Positions 1-8,734 of a stretch of DNA of 64,000 nucleotides are shown piece by piece. This stretch comes from an uncultured virus (IMG/VR IMGVR_UViG_3300008952_002242). Lineage: Duplodnaviria > Heunggongvirae > Uroviricota > Caudoviricetes. Both the position numbers and the translations under genes were made by a program. Position 1 is the first letter of the stretch. Every line of letters begins with the position of its first letter. The stretch is from positions 62,001 through 126,000 of the IMG/VR virus record IMGVR_UViG_3300008952_002242; one strand, 5' to 3'. The notes beneath the pieces are model-generated. The model saw only the letters and a program-made list of their open reading frames with translations. It was not told where the DNA came from and did not search any database.

Positions 1-129
1 GATTTCACCAATAGATTTTCTTGCTCTACCACCAGCGGCTTTGTTACCTTTCTCTACGAACTTATGGTGATCGACTTCAAACGCATCCCATTGTTCTTTC
101 ATCTGAATAAATATTTCCATGCTACTCAT
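1..129 (-). CDS. Histone H1-like (Hc1-type) small basic protein, running off the window edge
   Basis: Not in ORF track; manual translation MSSMEIFIQMKEQWDAFEVDHHKFVEKGNKAAGGRARKSIGEI, with the GNKAAGxRARK signature and a GAGGA RBS upstream. Confidence 0.7.
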   Translation of the reverse strand, partial: MSSMEIFIQMKEQWDAFEVDHHKFVEKGNKAAGGRARKSIGEI

Positions 130-213
130 TATAATTTCCTCAATAATTGTTATTTCTTTCTCAACTATAACCAATGGTTTACGTGGACCAATTCCTCCAC
201 CCACAATTTATCT

Positions 214-600
214 CTAACTTCCAAATACTTTTTTCTTTTCACCGTGATACTCATATGCGTGTCCGTTCTCTTTTAATAATTCATTTACCGAAGTATCATG
301 TCCTTTAACAAACAGCTCACCAAGAACTCTACCATACTTACCAACACCATGTGATATAATTGAAAATTTACCATCATCAGAATTTTCTAAAAGGTCCTTT
401 ACATAAGCTTTTGCTGCTAAACCCTTTTTCTTTTCGTCTAAATTACGAGTTCTACTTTCCCAAGTATCAACACCATAAAATCTTATTCTCACCTTATGCC
501 ACACATTAAATCCTAAATCAACCATAGCGTCTGCAGTATCTCCATCGACAACTCTGACTAACTTACAACTATATCCATGCTTCTTAACTTGTTTGCCCAC
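214..600 (-). CDS. Thermonuclease (SNase-like) family nuclease
   Basis: RVVDGDT, RIRFYGVDTWESR and GKYGRVLG motifs. Confidence 0.85.
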   Translation of the reverse strand: MGKQVKKHGYSCKLVRVVDGDTADAMVDLGFNVWHKVRIRFYGVDTWESRTRNLDEKKKGLAAKAYVKDLLENSDDGKFSIISHGVGKYGRVLGELFVKGHDTSVNELLKENGHAYEYHGEKKKVFGS

Positions 601-612
601 CTACTTTCTCCG

Positions 613-1059
613 TTACAATCGATGATTTAAATAATCATCTCTTTCTTTTATTGCTTTTTTCACTTCCATCTTTTTCTCATTGTGTCTATCTATAAGTATC
701 TGTTCCTTAGTTCTTCTTTTCCTTTTATTTTTACTTTTAGCTTTCACTTTTGTGGGTTTCAAAGTTCCCTTCAATTTGGGTTGTTCTTTACCTTTATGAA
801 ATACATTACCATCTTTGTCTACAAACTCTGTCATCCAATGCCAACCGGCTGGTCGTCCTGTTGGTTTGTATCCCTTTGGTTCTTCAAGAGGAAACATTCT
901 AAACATTGACCTCGTAACATCGGTTGAACATCTTACTGAAACTGCATCTTCACCTACAGCAACATATTCCCCGCAATCGCATTTCATATAATAATGAGAT
1001 GAGCACATCATATATCTAACTCCTTTTTCTGTGTATTCTGGATAATCAATTTTTTTCAC
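613..1059 (-). CDS. Hypothetical protein (Cys cluster, basic C-terminus)
   Basis: 148-aa ORF with RBS and upstream promoter. Confidence 0.6.
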   Translation of the reverse strand: MKKIDYPEYTEKGVRYMMCSSHYYMKCDCGEYVAVGEDAVSVRCSTDVTRSMFRMFPLEEPKGYKPTGRPAGWHWMTEFVDKDGNVFHKGKEQPKLKGTLKPTKVKAKSKNKRKRRTKEQILIDRHNEKKMEVKKAIKERDDYLNHRL

Positions 1060-1075
1060 AACCTTAACATCCTCT

Positions 1076-1106
1076 AATATAGTTAAATATAACTATATAA
1101 GTCAAG
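1076..1106 (-). promoter_or_regulatory. sigma70-like promoter TTGACT-N18-TATATT
   Basis: Minus strand cTTGACTtatatagttatatttaacTATATT; same layout at 2678 and 36420. Confidence 0.6.
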
Positions 1107-1109
1107 ACA

Positions 1110-1292
1110 TTAAATCATTTCAAATTCTGCTTCTATTACTTTTGAACAAATAAAAAGTTTATTACCATTTCTTAAAATGGTGTCAGCCAATCTATATTGT
1201 GATTTCAATTCATCATTATCCAATTTAGTATCGGCTGACACCTCTCCGAGTATCATATAACAATCATCATTTATATGGATGATTTTTTTCAC
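1110..1292 (-). CDS. Hypothetical protein
   Basis: 60-aa ORF with a 4-nt overlap with the hsp20 stop. Confidence 0.55.
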   Translation of the reverse strand: MKKIIHINDDCYMILGEVSADTKLDNDELKSQYRLADTILRNGNKLFICSKVIEAEFEMI

Positions 1293-1765
1293 CCAATCTT
1301 AATTGAGTGTTTTTTGGGCTTTTCGGGCGCGGTCTTCGGAATATCTATTGTTAATACCCCATCTATGAACTTAGCTTTGATATTGTCACCATCAAGTAAT
1401 TCACCAAGTTCGAAAGAACGTCTGAATGAAGAAGCCTTTAACTCTCTACGAATTACTTTAGCACCTTCTTCTTCTAAAACTCCATGTTTATCACCTGAGA
1501 TGGTTAATACACCCTCTTCAACTTCTACATTGAGTTGTTTCTTATCGAGACCTGGAATCTCAGCAACTACACCAACTTTATCATCGTATTCATATACATT
1601 GACTTTTGGATATGCTGAACCTTGATATGGTTTGACACCAACCTGTTGTTCAATCTCAGGAAATTGTGCTTCCATCATTGAGTCAAACATTTTATCAAAT
1701 GGGGTTAAAAAATTATCCCTGTCGAAATGTGGGATACCGTGTGGATTAAAAACTAATTTAGTCAT
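1289..1765 (-). CDS. hsp20: Small heat shock protein Hsp20 (alpha-crystallin domain)
   Basis: YPKVNVYE, AEIPGL, SFRRSFEL, AKFIDGVLTIDIPK and C-terminal IxI; AGGAG RBS. Confidence 0.95.
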   Translation of the reverse strand: MTKLVFNPHGIPHFDRDNFLTPFDKMFDSMMEAQFPEIEQQVGVKPYQGSAYPKVNVYEYDDKVGVVAEIPGLDKKQLNVEVEEGVLTISGDKHGVLEEEGAKVIRRELKASSFRRSFELGELLDGDNIKAKFIDGVLTIDIPKTAPEKPKKHSIKIG

Positions 1766-1892
1766 TTTATTTCTCCTATGTAGTTAACTTTCGTCTAACT
1801 TAATTTACCATCCCATTTATTTGGCGATGGTATTCGATATAATATATACAATATCTATACCACTTATAAGTATATGACAAAATGACAAACTA

Positions 1893-2156
1893 TTAAGATT
1901 TTTCTATGTCAATCCAATCCCCAAATTCCCCTTCTGATGATTTTCTTGTACAAGATTCCGATATTTCATAATACCTGTCTTCTGTCATTACTCTCCATAT
2001 TTGTGTAAAATTTTCATATGAAATTTGTTTTCTCTTTACAAAATAAGTTGTTGCCCCCTTGACACCAACATCAGATGATAAATCTTTGGTATCGACTATA
2101 TTATCAAATCTATCAACAAGAACATACTTCATTACTAATCCCCTATTCGTTATCAA
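1893..2156 (-). CDS. Hypothetical protein
   Basis: ORF track; real start may be the ATG near 2132. Confidence 0.5.
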   Translation of the reverse strand: MITNRGLVMKYVLVDRFDNIVDTKDLSSDVGVKGATTYFVKRKQISYENFTQIWRVMTEDRYYEISESCTRKSSEGEFGDWIDIEKS

Positions 2157-2574
2157 CTATTTCAATATATAAAGTATCCATATAATGATGTCCATCATCA
2201 TCAGTATATCCACAATAAACCGCAACAGTATAGTCAATAAAATTTTCCCACGCAGCAAACATTACATGAGCATTTCCATTTTCATCTGTCATACTTGATG
2301 GATTAACTAAATTAACCCAATCATTTTCAATTCTATATTCATAATCAGATTGCCAAGAAAGATGTTGAGACCATCCACAATTAGTTGAAGCATCCAACAT
2401 CGTATAAGTTTGTGCTAAATCTGCATTAAACTCTAATTTATAACTCCCATCAGAATATGGTAATGTGCTTGAAATATTCAAATCACATTCACAATCTTCA
2501 ACAAATTCAGAATACATTGGGTTTTCTGAACAACCAATAACTAGCATTCCTACTATTAAAAATAACCTTTTCAT
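2143..2574 (-). CDS. Putative lipoprotein
   Basis: MKRLFLIVGMLVIG-C signal peptide with lipobox-like Cys; acidic mature domain. Confidence 0.6.
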   Translation of the reverse strand: MKRLFLIVGMLVIGCSENPMYSEFVEDCECDLNISSTLPYSDGSYKLEFNADLAQTYTMLDASTNCGWSQHLSWQSDYEYRIENDWVNLVNPSSMTDENGNAHVMFAAWENFIDYTVAVYCGYTDDDGHHYMDTLYIEIVDNE

Positions 2575-2672
2575 TTTATTTCCTTATATGTTCCTTTTTT
2601 AATTATTACAGCGTACCCCATAAAAAAATAGAAGTACAAAAATATCATTGTTAGTGTAACCATCATTTCCAT
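2571..2672 (-). CDS. Small hydrophobic peptide
   Basis: 3' part of the 2571..2753 ORF; ATG just after the promoter; one hydrophobic stretch. Confidence 0.35.
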   Translation of the reverse strand: MEMMVTLTMIFLYFYFFMGYAVIIKKGTYKEIK

Positions 2673-2677
2673 ACCTA

Positions 2678-2708
2678 AATATAACAAAGAAATGCAATAT
2701 AAGTCAAG
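2678..2708 (-). promoter_or_regulatory. sigma70-like promoter TTGACT-N18-TATATT
   Basis: Minus strand cTTGACTtatattgcatttctttgtTATATT. Confidence 0.6.
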
Positions 2709-2729
2709 CTTTATTTTCACTTTTTTAGT

Positions 2730-2772
2730 GGGCGGGTAAGTTTTGACACTCACGGCCTATAGCCTCCCGCCC
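2730..2772 (-). other. GC-rich branched RNA hairpin after the porin gene (terminator or structured element)
   Basis: GGGCGG/CCGCCC closing stem enclosing two small hairpins. Confidence 0.45.
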
Positions 2773-2784
2773 TATTATCCTTAC

Positions 2785-3561
2785 TTAAAAGGTATAACTT
2801 ACTCGTACTGAAACATCTCCATCTGCGGACAATTCTGAACGAATGTAAGAATTGCCATAATGATAACCGACACCATACATGGTTTCGGTTTCATCATCAA
2901 CAGATGAATATCCTATAAGGGCAGTGATACCTTTAGTAAAGGACGGCGAGATTACGGCTCTATACCATAAGTCCCCACTCGTTTCTTCACTAAGATCATA
3001 CTCAAAATAAGATGCAATTGAACCAAATGAATCATATGAAAATGTTCCACTTGCGTCCAATAGACGTGCTTCATCACTATTGATAGAAACCCCAGCAGTA
3101 TGACCAGCTAAACCATAAGATGTTCTCATGGAATATGATTGGTTATCGCCGTAAAATCCAGCAATACCTACACCTGCAAATTCGGTAGATGCTCCAAGTC
3201 CAACGGCATAAGCCTGAGAACTTGGTTCACTAACGAATGGATTACCTGATGGTCTGTGCCAAGGATTGGCAATACCAAAAGGAACCCTCTGTTGTCCAAG
3301 TGTAACGGAAGTAACTTTAGCATCTACATTGTAATATGCTTCTTCTACATTCACGCCACCTTCTGACAGATGCGATGTAAGTTTCCACCCTTCACCACTA
3401 TACGAAAGACCTGTATATGGTGTAGTGAAAGATACTGTATCACCAAAAGTAATATCAGTACTGAATTCACCACCCCAAGCAGGTGCTTGAGTTTCTTCTT
3501 GTGCGAAAGTAATTCCACCCAAAAAGAAGATAGTAGTTAGGATTGATTTTAGTGTATTCAT
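2785..3561 (-). CDS. Outer-membrane beta-barrel / porin-like protein
   Basis: Sec signal peptide (…GITFA-QE), alternating aromatic/Gly strands, C-terminal VRVSYTF with terminal Phe. Confidence 0.75.
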   Translation of the reverse strand: MNTLKSILTTIFFLGGITFAQEETQAPAWGGEFSTDITFGDTVSFTTPYTGLSYSGEGWKLTSHLSEGGVNVEEAYYNVDAKVTSVTLGQQRVPFGIANPWHRPSGNPFVSEPSSQAYAVGLGASTEFAGVGIAGFYGDNQSYSMRTSYGLAGHTAGVSINSDEARLLDASGTFSYDSFGSIASYFEYDLSEETSGDLWYRAVISPSFTKGITALIGYSSVDDETETMYGVGYHYGNSYIRSELSADGDVSVRVSYTF

Positions 3562-3571
3562 CGCGTCACTC

Positions 3572-3610
3572 CTATTGTGTTATAGATTCTTTTGAATAGG
3601 TAGAACCCAT
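3572..3610 (-). CDS. Possible 12-aa leader ORF (MGSTYSKESITQ) upstream of the porin
   Basis: Perfect AAGGAGG RBS 8 nt before the ATG; its TAG overlaps the porin RBS (TAGGAG). Confidence 0.35.
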   Translation of the reverse strand: MGSTYSKESITQ

Positions 3611-3648
3611 TAACCTGTCCTCCTTACTTGTATCTTGTATGTGAAATC

Positions 3649-3921
3649 TTAATCTTGCGGAACTGCATAATCATCATCACCATGTACATTAGCAGAAGTT
3701 GTTTCTTCTTCAGGTGATGTATCGGACATTCTCATAATTTTTGTTCTTTCTTCTTCTAACTTAGCTATCCACTCTGACAACAAATCGATTATTTTATTCT
3801 TAGTTACCTCATGATCATCATTGTCTAAAATTTTATCAACCCATTTTTTATAAGTTCCCAAAAAGCCAGAAAGCCATATAGCTATCTCTGACCTTTCTTC
3901 AGGCCATGATTTTTGTCCCAT
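3649..3921 (-). CDS. Hypothetical protein
   Basis: 90-aa ORF with GGAG RBS. Confidence 0.6.
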   Translation of the reverse strand: MGQKSWPEERSEIAIWLSGFLGTYKKWVDKILDNDDHEVTKNKIIDLLSEWIAKLEEERTKIMRMSDTSPEEETTSANVHGDDDYAVPQD

Positions 3922-3925
3922 TATT

Positions 3926-4036
3926 TTAATCTCCGTATACTACTTCTATTGAATATGAAGTATCGGTCACCCATTGCAGGCAAACGTCTGTATATGTAAC
4001 GCTTGGTATTGTGGAATAGTCTATAATAAATTTCAT
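3926..4036 (-). CDS. Small hypothetical protein (36 aa)
   Basis: Manual translation MKFIIDYSTIPSVTYTDVCLQWVTDTSYSIEVVYGD; GGAG RBS. Confidence 0.35.
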   Translation of the reverse strand: MKFIIDYSTIPSVTYTDVCLQWVTDTSYSIEVVYGD

Positions 4037-4099
4037 AAAAAAATCTCCAACTATGTTCTGTCTATAATTATCAAATTATAACCTGTTAAGTCTTTTTTT

Positions 4100-5317
4100 T
4101 CATAGTAAATGTGGTTTTGCTTCTATCGTTCCAGCGGATGTAACCCTAACAAATTCGCACCTCGATTGAAAATCCAATACATCACTCGCGCCAACATAAG
4201 AAAAAGATGAGCCAAGACCATCACGAATATCAGATATAATGCGGATGACTTTACCTTTATATGGAATGATTTTAGAATTTCCTTCCACATTTTTAGATTC
4301 TCCTCTGTCAGCTTTACTATCGAGAGAAGCACTTCCTCTATATTTCTTGTATAGCTTTTCATTAGGCCATTCTCCTTGTTTTATAATTTCGCCTGGCGTT
4401 TCTTTCGTCCCAGCAATAATAGAGCCGAGCATAACCGAATCAGCCCCTGCCCCAAGTCCTTTAGCCACATCACCCACATACCTAACGCCACCATCAGCGA
4501 TGCAAGGAACACTATAATTGTCAGCAACGGAACACACATCAGACAAAACAGTAATCTGAGGAAGTCCCACCCCAGTTCTGATTCTCGTTTCACATAATGA
4601 TCCGTTACCGATGCCGACTCGAATGCCATCCACCCCCCATTCACATAATGCTCTGGCAGCTTCCGGTGTCGCAATCGAACCCCCGATGACTTCAACATCT
4701 CGTCCAAATTCATTCTTTAACTCCTTAACAACATTTTTTAATAACAAATGGTGTCCATGTGCTATATCTATAAATAATACATTACATCCATTCTTAACTA
4801 ACTCCTGAGCTCTCTCTTTATAATCACCCGTAACTCCTATGGCTGCACATAGTGGTCGTTTAGACCAAATCTTTTCATCACGAATCAAAGAATCCGTCCA
4901 ATAAAATCTATCCTTTAAATCTTTCCAATCTGATTTAGTAGGTGGATGATTCCAATGTTTTACACTCTTATACCATTCATCCCATTCTTTATCTATAGTT
5001 CTTTCTTCTTCGTTATCATTACCACTCAAAGGTGTAAAGTATTTATCCCATTCATAATGTAATGATCTCATCATACGAGCTTGATCCTTAATACTCTGAA
5101 ACCTATGTATGACACCAACTCCACCCCAATCCATCATTTCCTTTGCCATATCTTCTTCACAAATGGTATCCATCGGTGACGCAACTATTGGAATAGATAA
5201 TACCGTATTCTTGGTAAACCTTGTAGTTAAATCTACTTTATCACGAGATTCCAATTCCGAATATTTTGGAACTATGTTTACATCATCATATGTCAAATAA
5301 GTTTTCATATTAATCAA
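4100..5317 (-). CDS. guaB: IMP dehydrogenase / GMP reductase family protein lacking CBS domains
   Basis: LTYDDVNIVP, ASPMDT, catalytic loop GIGNGSLCETR, IADGG, KKYRGSAS and VEG motifs. Confidence 0.9.
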   Translation of the reverse strand: MINMKTYLTYDDVNIVPKYSELESRDKVDLTTRFTKNTVLSIPIVASPMDTICEEDMAKEMMDWGGVGVIHRFQSIKDQARMMRSLHYEWDKYFTPLSGNDNEEERTIDKEWDEWYKSVKHWNHPPTKSDWKDLKDRFYWTDSLIRDEKIWSKRPLCAAIGVTGDYKERAQELVKNGCNVLFIDIAHGHHLLLKNVVKELKNEFGRDVEVIGGSIATPEAARALCEWGVDGIRVGIGNGSLCETRIRTGVGLPQITVLSDVCSVADNYSVPCIADGGVRYVGDVAKGLGAGADSVMLGSIIAGTKETPGEIIKQGEWPNEKLYKKYRGSASLDSKADRGESKNVEGNSKIIPYKGKVIRIISDIRDGLGSSFSYVGASDVLDFQSRCEFVRVTSAGTIEAKPHLL

Positions 5318-5555
5318 GCAAACTACTCCACTTCATTAATTTCTTTTTCTTCTCTAATACTCTATTATCTACATCTGTCCAACTGATGATATCGTATTCG
5401 TGTAACATATCAATCATACACATAACATCACCAACTTCTTCTACCAAATTTTCGTTGCCGTAATAATGGCTACATCGAATAGCTTTACTACATTGTTGAA
5501 TCAACTCACCACATTCTTCCATTGTGATTGTCATTAATTCTTGTAATTTATCCAC
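5310..5555 (-). CDS. MazG-like NTP pyrophosphohydrolase
   Basis: MEECGELIQ…EEVGDV motif. Confidence 0.75.
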   Translation of the reverse strand: MDKLQELMTITMEECGELIQQCSKAIRCSHYYGNENLVEEVGDVMCMIDMLHEYDIISWTDVDNRVLEKKKKLMKWSSLLD

Positions 5556-5854
5556 TACGCTTCTGCCTCTAAATTATCATTCATTTTTATTTTTATTGTT
5601 TCTATCGTTTCTTTCATCGGATCATCATCTTCCATCAAGTCTACAAATTCTTCATCTATCTTACCATCTCTAAGACCGCTCATAAACTTTGTTGCTATCT
5701 TCATTCGTCTTTGAAATTCAGTAGTCCGTTTTCTTTGGTCTTCTAACGATAGTTCTTCAAATGGTGTCTTCATTAATTTCATATAATCTTTATGTTTCAT
5801 ATCTCCCACCCCATTACTATAAAATGAAAAAACAAATACCCAGCTAAAATCCAT
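5555..5854 (-). CDS. Hypothetical protein
   Basis: ORF track; start uncertain (probably the ATG near 5800). Confidence 0.5.
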   Translation of the reverse strand: MDFSWVFVFSFYSNGVGDMKHKDYMKLMKTPFEELSLEDQRKRTTEFQRRMKIATKFMSGLRDGKIDEEFVDLMEDDDPMKETIETIKIKMNDNLEAEA

Positions 5855-5953
5855 ATGACCATTTTAACATATTCACCCCGCACATCAGCATGAGTTACTC
5901 TTTTTTTGGTATACAAATCTTCTTTAGTTACTCTTCTATTTCCAAATATATCT

Positions 5954-6109
5954 CTAGCCATACATCATCCACATCACTAATTTATATAAACCATACCAAC
6001 TAAAAAAAGCAAATACTGGCACAAACACTATCCATGCAAAAAAGTTTAACCAATTAATTCTAAAATCACTCTTAAACCAATGCAAATCTCTTTCTTTTTT
6101 ATAATCCAT
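5954..6109 (-). CDS. Small membrane protein
   Basis: 3' part of the listed ORF from MDYKKERD; hydrophobic C-terminal segment. Confidence 0.45.
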   Translation of the reverse strand: MDYKKERDLHWFKSDFRINWLNFFAWIVFVPVFAFFSWYGLYKLVMWMMYG

Positions 6110-6110
6110 A

Positions 6111-6689
6111 TTACCCCTCTTCTTCATGCCAAGGATATAATTTATCATATTCATCCTTAGTAATCGTGCCAATCTTTTTCTGTTTCTTATCTTTAGCATC
6201 CCAACCCAAATTTTCAACTACTGAATATGTTTCTTTTTCTGTGATAAATTCTCCATCTTCATCCATATGTCCTAATACTTTTGCTACTTCATAACTACCA
6301 TCAGGTCCTGTATAATAATCAGAATCATCATTTGGATTAATGCCGGCTTTATTATCTATTTCTATTTTTAACTCACATCCCAAGTGGTTAGTTCCACTAC
6401 CCACATAATCATAATCAACATCATATGTAGATTTACCACAAATTTCACATACCCAAGATTCTCTAGCCTGCTCTTCATCACATTCAGAACAATTACTGTT
6501 TAATGAATTTCCATGCCTACAAACATCGATTTGGGAATCACCATTAATTGTATTTAAATTCAAATACCAACCTTTAGATTTTATACCAGCCATAATTAAA
6601 TTAGATACCACCTCTCTAGCAGCTTCAGATTCTAAATTAGGTTGACCTTTAGACACATCTTTCAATATATCTTTTATCAATTGTTTCAT
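6111..6689 (-). CDS. Hypothetical protein with CxxC zinc-binding motifs
   Basis: CRHG…CSEC and CEICG…HLGC. Confidence 0.6.
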   Translation of the reverse strand: MKQLIKDILKDVSKGQPNLESEAAREVVSNLIMAGIKSKGWYLNLNTINGDSQIDVCRHGNSLNSNCSECDEEQARESWVCEICGKSTYDVDYDYVGSGTNHLGCELKIEIDNKAGINPNDDSDYYTGPDGSYEVAKVLGHMDEDGEFITEKETYSVVENLGWDAKDKKQKKIGTITKDEYDKLYPWHEEEG

Positions 6690-6849
6690 ATCTTATCAAG
6701 CTCTCTTTCCCATTTACTTTTAGGTGATGTTTTTTTCTTCATTTCTAACCTCCAATAATTTTCATTCAGATAACTTCTAACAGCTGCTCCCAATTGCATA
6801 TCATTAGGATATTTATTCACCAACTCTTTTATTACTTTTAATTGCGATT

Positions 6850-7092
6850 TCATTTTTTTTCTTTCCTATGTTTTCCGACTCCAAAAATTTTTTCCCACTT
6901 TTCCCCCCACTTGTTCTGTGAGATTCCTCGTCTGAGTTTATCACCTTTTCCAGCTTCGGATTTAGATTTAGATTTAGATTTTTCCACCACGTTGTCTTGA
7001 CCATCGGGCTTCTTAGTGGCCACCTGGTTGAAATCTTTGACAGTATCTTTATTGGATACAGGTATATCTTTTGTTTCATTTTTTAATCCCAT
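6850..7092 (-). CDS. Hypothetical basic protein (GKGDKxR motif)
   Basis: AGKGDKLRR…WEKIFG pattern, which I recall from small phage proteins; the overlapping frame 6813..7079 is the alternative. Confidence 0.45.
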   Translation of the reverse strand: MGLKNETKDIPVSNKDTVKDFNQVATKKPDGQDNVVEKSKSKSKSEAGKGDKLRRGISQNKWGEKWEKIFGVGKHRKEKK

Positions 7093-7598
7093 AAGGCAAA
7101 TAAATGTTCTCCTATCAATTCAAGTGAGCGCTGAGAACTCTTTGATAACCTCATTCCCAATTCCTCATCTTCGTAATCAAAATCAAGATCTTGAAGTTTC
7201 TTAGCACACTTCAAACCATAAATTATTTCGCCCAATATATTATCCCATCGTTGCTCTGCCAATACATCAGCAAAATCAGTTGGAACTGAAACTGCATTAA
7301 CGCTATCTTCATCTTTATACATTGACGATGGTACTCCCAATTTCTCCTTCTTCAATCGCTCCACCATTGGAATAAGACCACTTACTAACCAATAATCTAT
7401 TGCCCAAGCATCTTGGTCAGACCAACATCTACGACCACGCTGCATATAATATTTGATACGATACGGCCACTCTCTCAACCACCTATACGCAGTACCGATG
7501 GGTCCAATGATATACTTGACATACCATTTCTCATAATAAGAATCCCACTCTTCAATACAATCTTCCCAATCAACTATATCTGGATATTCTTTACTCAT
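7083..7598 (-). CDS. Hypothetical phage protein
   Basis: 171-aa Trp-rich ORF ending FALWD; overlaps its neighbours. Confidence 0.65.
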   Translation of the reverse strand: MSKEYPDIVDWEDCIEEWDSYYEKWYVKYIIGPIGTAYRWLREWPYRIKYYMQRGRRCWSDQDAWAIDYWLVSGLIPMVERLKKEKLGVPSSMYKDEDSVNAVSVPTDFADVLAEQRWDNILGEIIYGLKCAKKLQDLDFDYEDEELGMRLSKSSQRSLELIGEHLFALWD

Positions 7599-7866
7599 CT
7601 AATGGTGTCCACTCTTTATCTAATTTTGATTCCCATTCTTGCATAGGCCTGTTCTTTACATACTCCAAAAAATCACCACCACTCTCATACTCAGATACTG
7701 CCCTTTCCAATATCACATTCAATCCAATTTCCAAAAGTAACTGATGATACTTATCACCAATTTTACATTCCAATAATGTTTCACCAGATTTTTCATCAAT
7801 CAATTTTAATTTTTCATTGTCCCACGGTCCAGGTCTTTTTTTACTCAAATCAAGTGGTTCTTTCAT
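7591..7866 (-). CDS. Hypothetical protein
   Basis: ORF in tight operon. Confidence 0.55.
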   Translation of the reverse strand: MKEPLDLSKKRPGPWDNEKLKLIDEKSGETLLECKIGDKYHQLLLEIGLNVILERAVSEYESGGDFLEYVKNRPMQEWESKLDKEWTPLDE

Positions 7867-8290
7867 CGTATTTAGCCTTTCTTTTTTTACTTAACCAATC
7901 TAAAGTTGGCATATCTTCTTTAGTATTCCAAACAGCCTTCTCCATCAATTCATCTATTGGGTTATTTTCTTCACCAAATCTTCCATCACTTTCCCACAAA
8001 ATATATAAATCTGTATTTAATATTTGAGCAATTTCTCTCAATGTTAAATAATCTTCTGTAAGATTTAAATCACCATACCACACTTTACCATAATCAGGCA
8101 TCAATACATTTGCATTGTATACAACCAAATCCTTCGGATGAAGTTCTGAATATTGCCACTTAGACCCACCTATCATTCTACCATCATAGAAATCAAATGC
8201 TGCAAATGTTTTTTGTATATCAACAATAGTATTTGGTGGTTTCCAATCACTAGGATATTCGCCTGTAAGTTTTATTGTTTTATCAAACAC
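7850..8290 (-). CDS. Hypothetical protein
   Basis: 146-aa ORF in tight operon. Confidence 0.6.
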   Translation of the reverse strand: MFDKTIKLTGEYPSDWKPPNTIVDIQKTFAAFDFYDGRMIGGSKWQYSELHPKDLVVYNANVLMPDYGKVWYGDLNLTEDYLTLREIAQILNTDLYILWESDGRFGEENNPIDELMEKAVWNTKEDMPTLDWLSKKRKAKYDERTT

Positions 8291-8492
8291 TAATGTAATT
8301 ATCCCTAAATATTTGCATACCCTTTTCGGTTGGTTTAACTATAGGAAAACCAACATCATCACAACCTATAATTTCTACAATTCCATCTTTAAGTAATTTT
8401 TCTATTTTATCTTCTAATTTACCTTCACCTAAGTATTTTTTCATTAATTTATTTACTTCTTTTATTATTTTATTTAATTCACTTTTTTCCAT
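8283..8492 (-). CDS. Hypothetical protein
   Basis: ORF in tight operon. Confidence 0.5.
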   Translation of the reverse strand: MEKSELNKIIKEVNKLMKKYLGEGKLEDKIEKLLKDGIVEIIGCDDVGFPIVKPTEKGMQIFRDNYISV

Positions 8493-8494
8493 TA

Positions 8495-8734
8495 TTATTT
8501 ATTCATTTCTTCTGTAACTTCTTGTATAAGAAAAGGACATACGCCACACTCTGAATCATATTCCCAACATTCCCAATATGTTCGCGGAATGTCAATACAA
8601 TCATCATCAAAATCCTTACATATATGGTCTGGTACTGATTTGTAATCTATAGATGTTCTTGTCTTACCTTTTACCCAACCATAACTTGACATAAATCCTT
8701 TCATAACTGATAAATCATTTGTATCTATTTTCAT
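8495..8734 (-). CDS. Hypothetical Cys-rich protein
   Basis: ORF with ATGA overlap to def. Confidence 0.5.
   Translation of the reverse strand: MKIDTNDLSVMKGFMSSYGWVKGKTRTSIDYKSVPDHICKDFDDDCIDIPRTYWECWEYDSECGVCPFLIQEVTEEMNK

Noticed and set aside
1766..1890. CIRCE operator upstream of hsp20
   Set aside because: No TTAGCACTC-N9-GAGTGCTAA match
2730..2772. Hammerhead ribozyme interpretation of the branched hairpin
   Set aside because: The CUGAnGA and GAAA core sequences are absent
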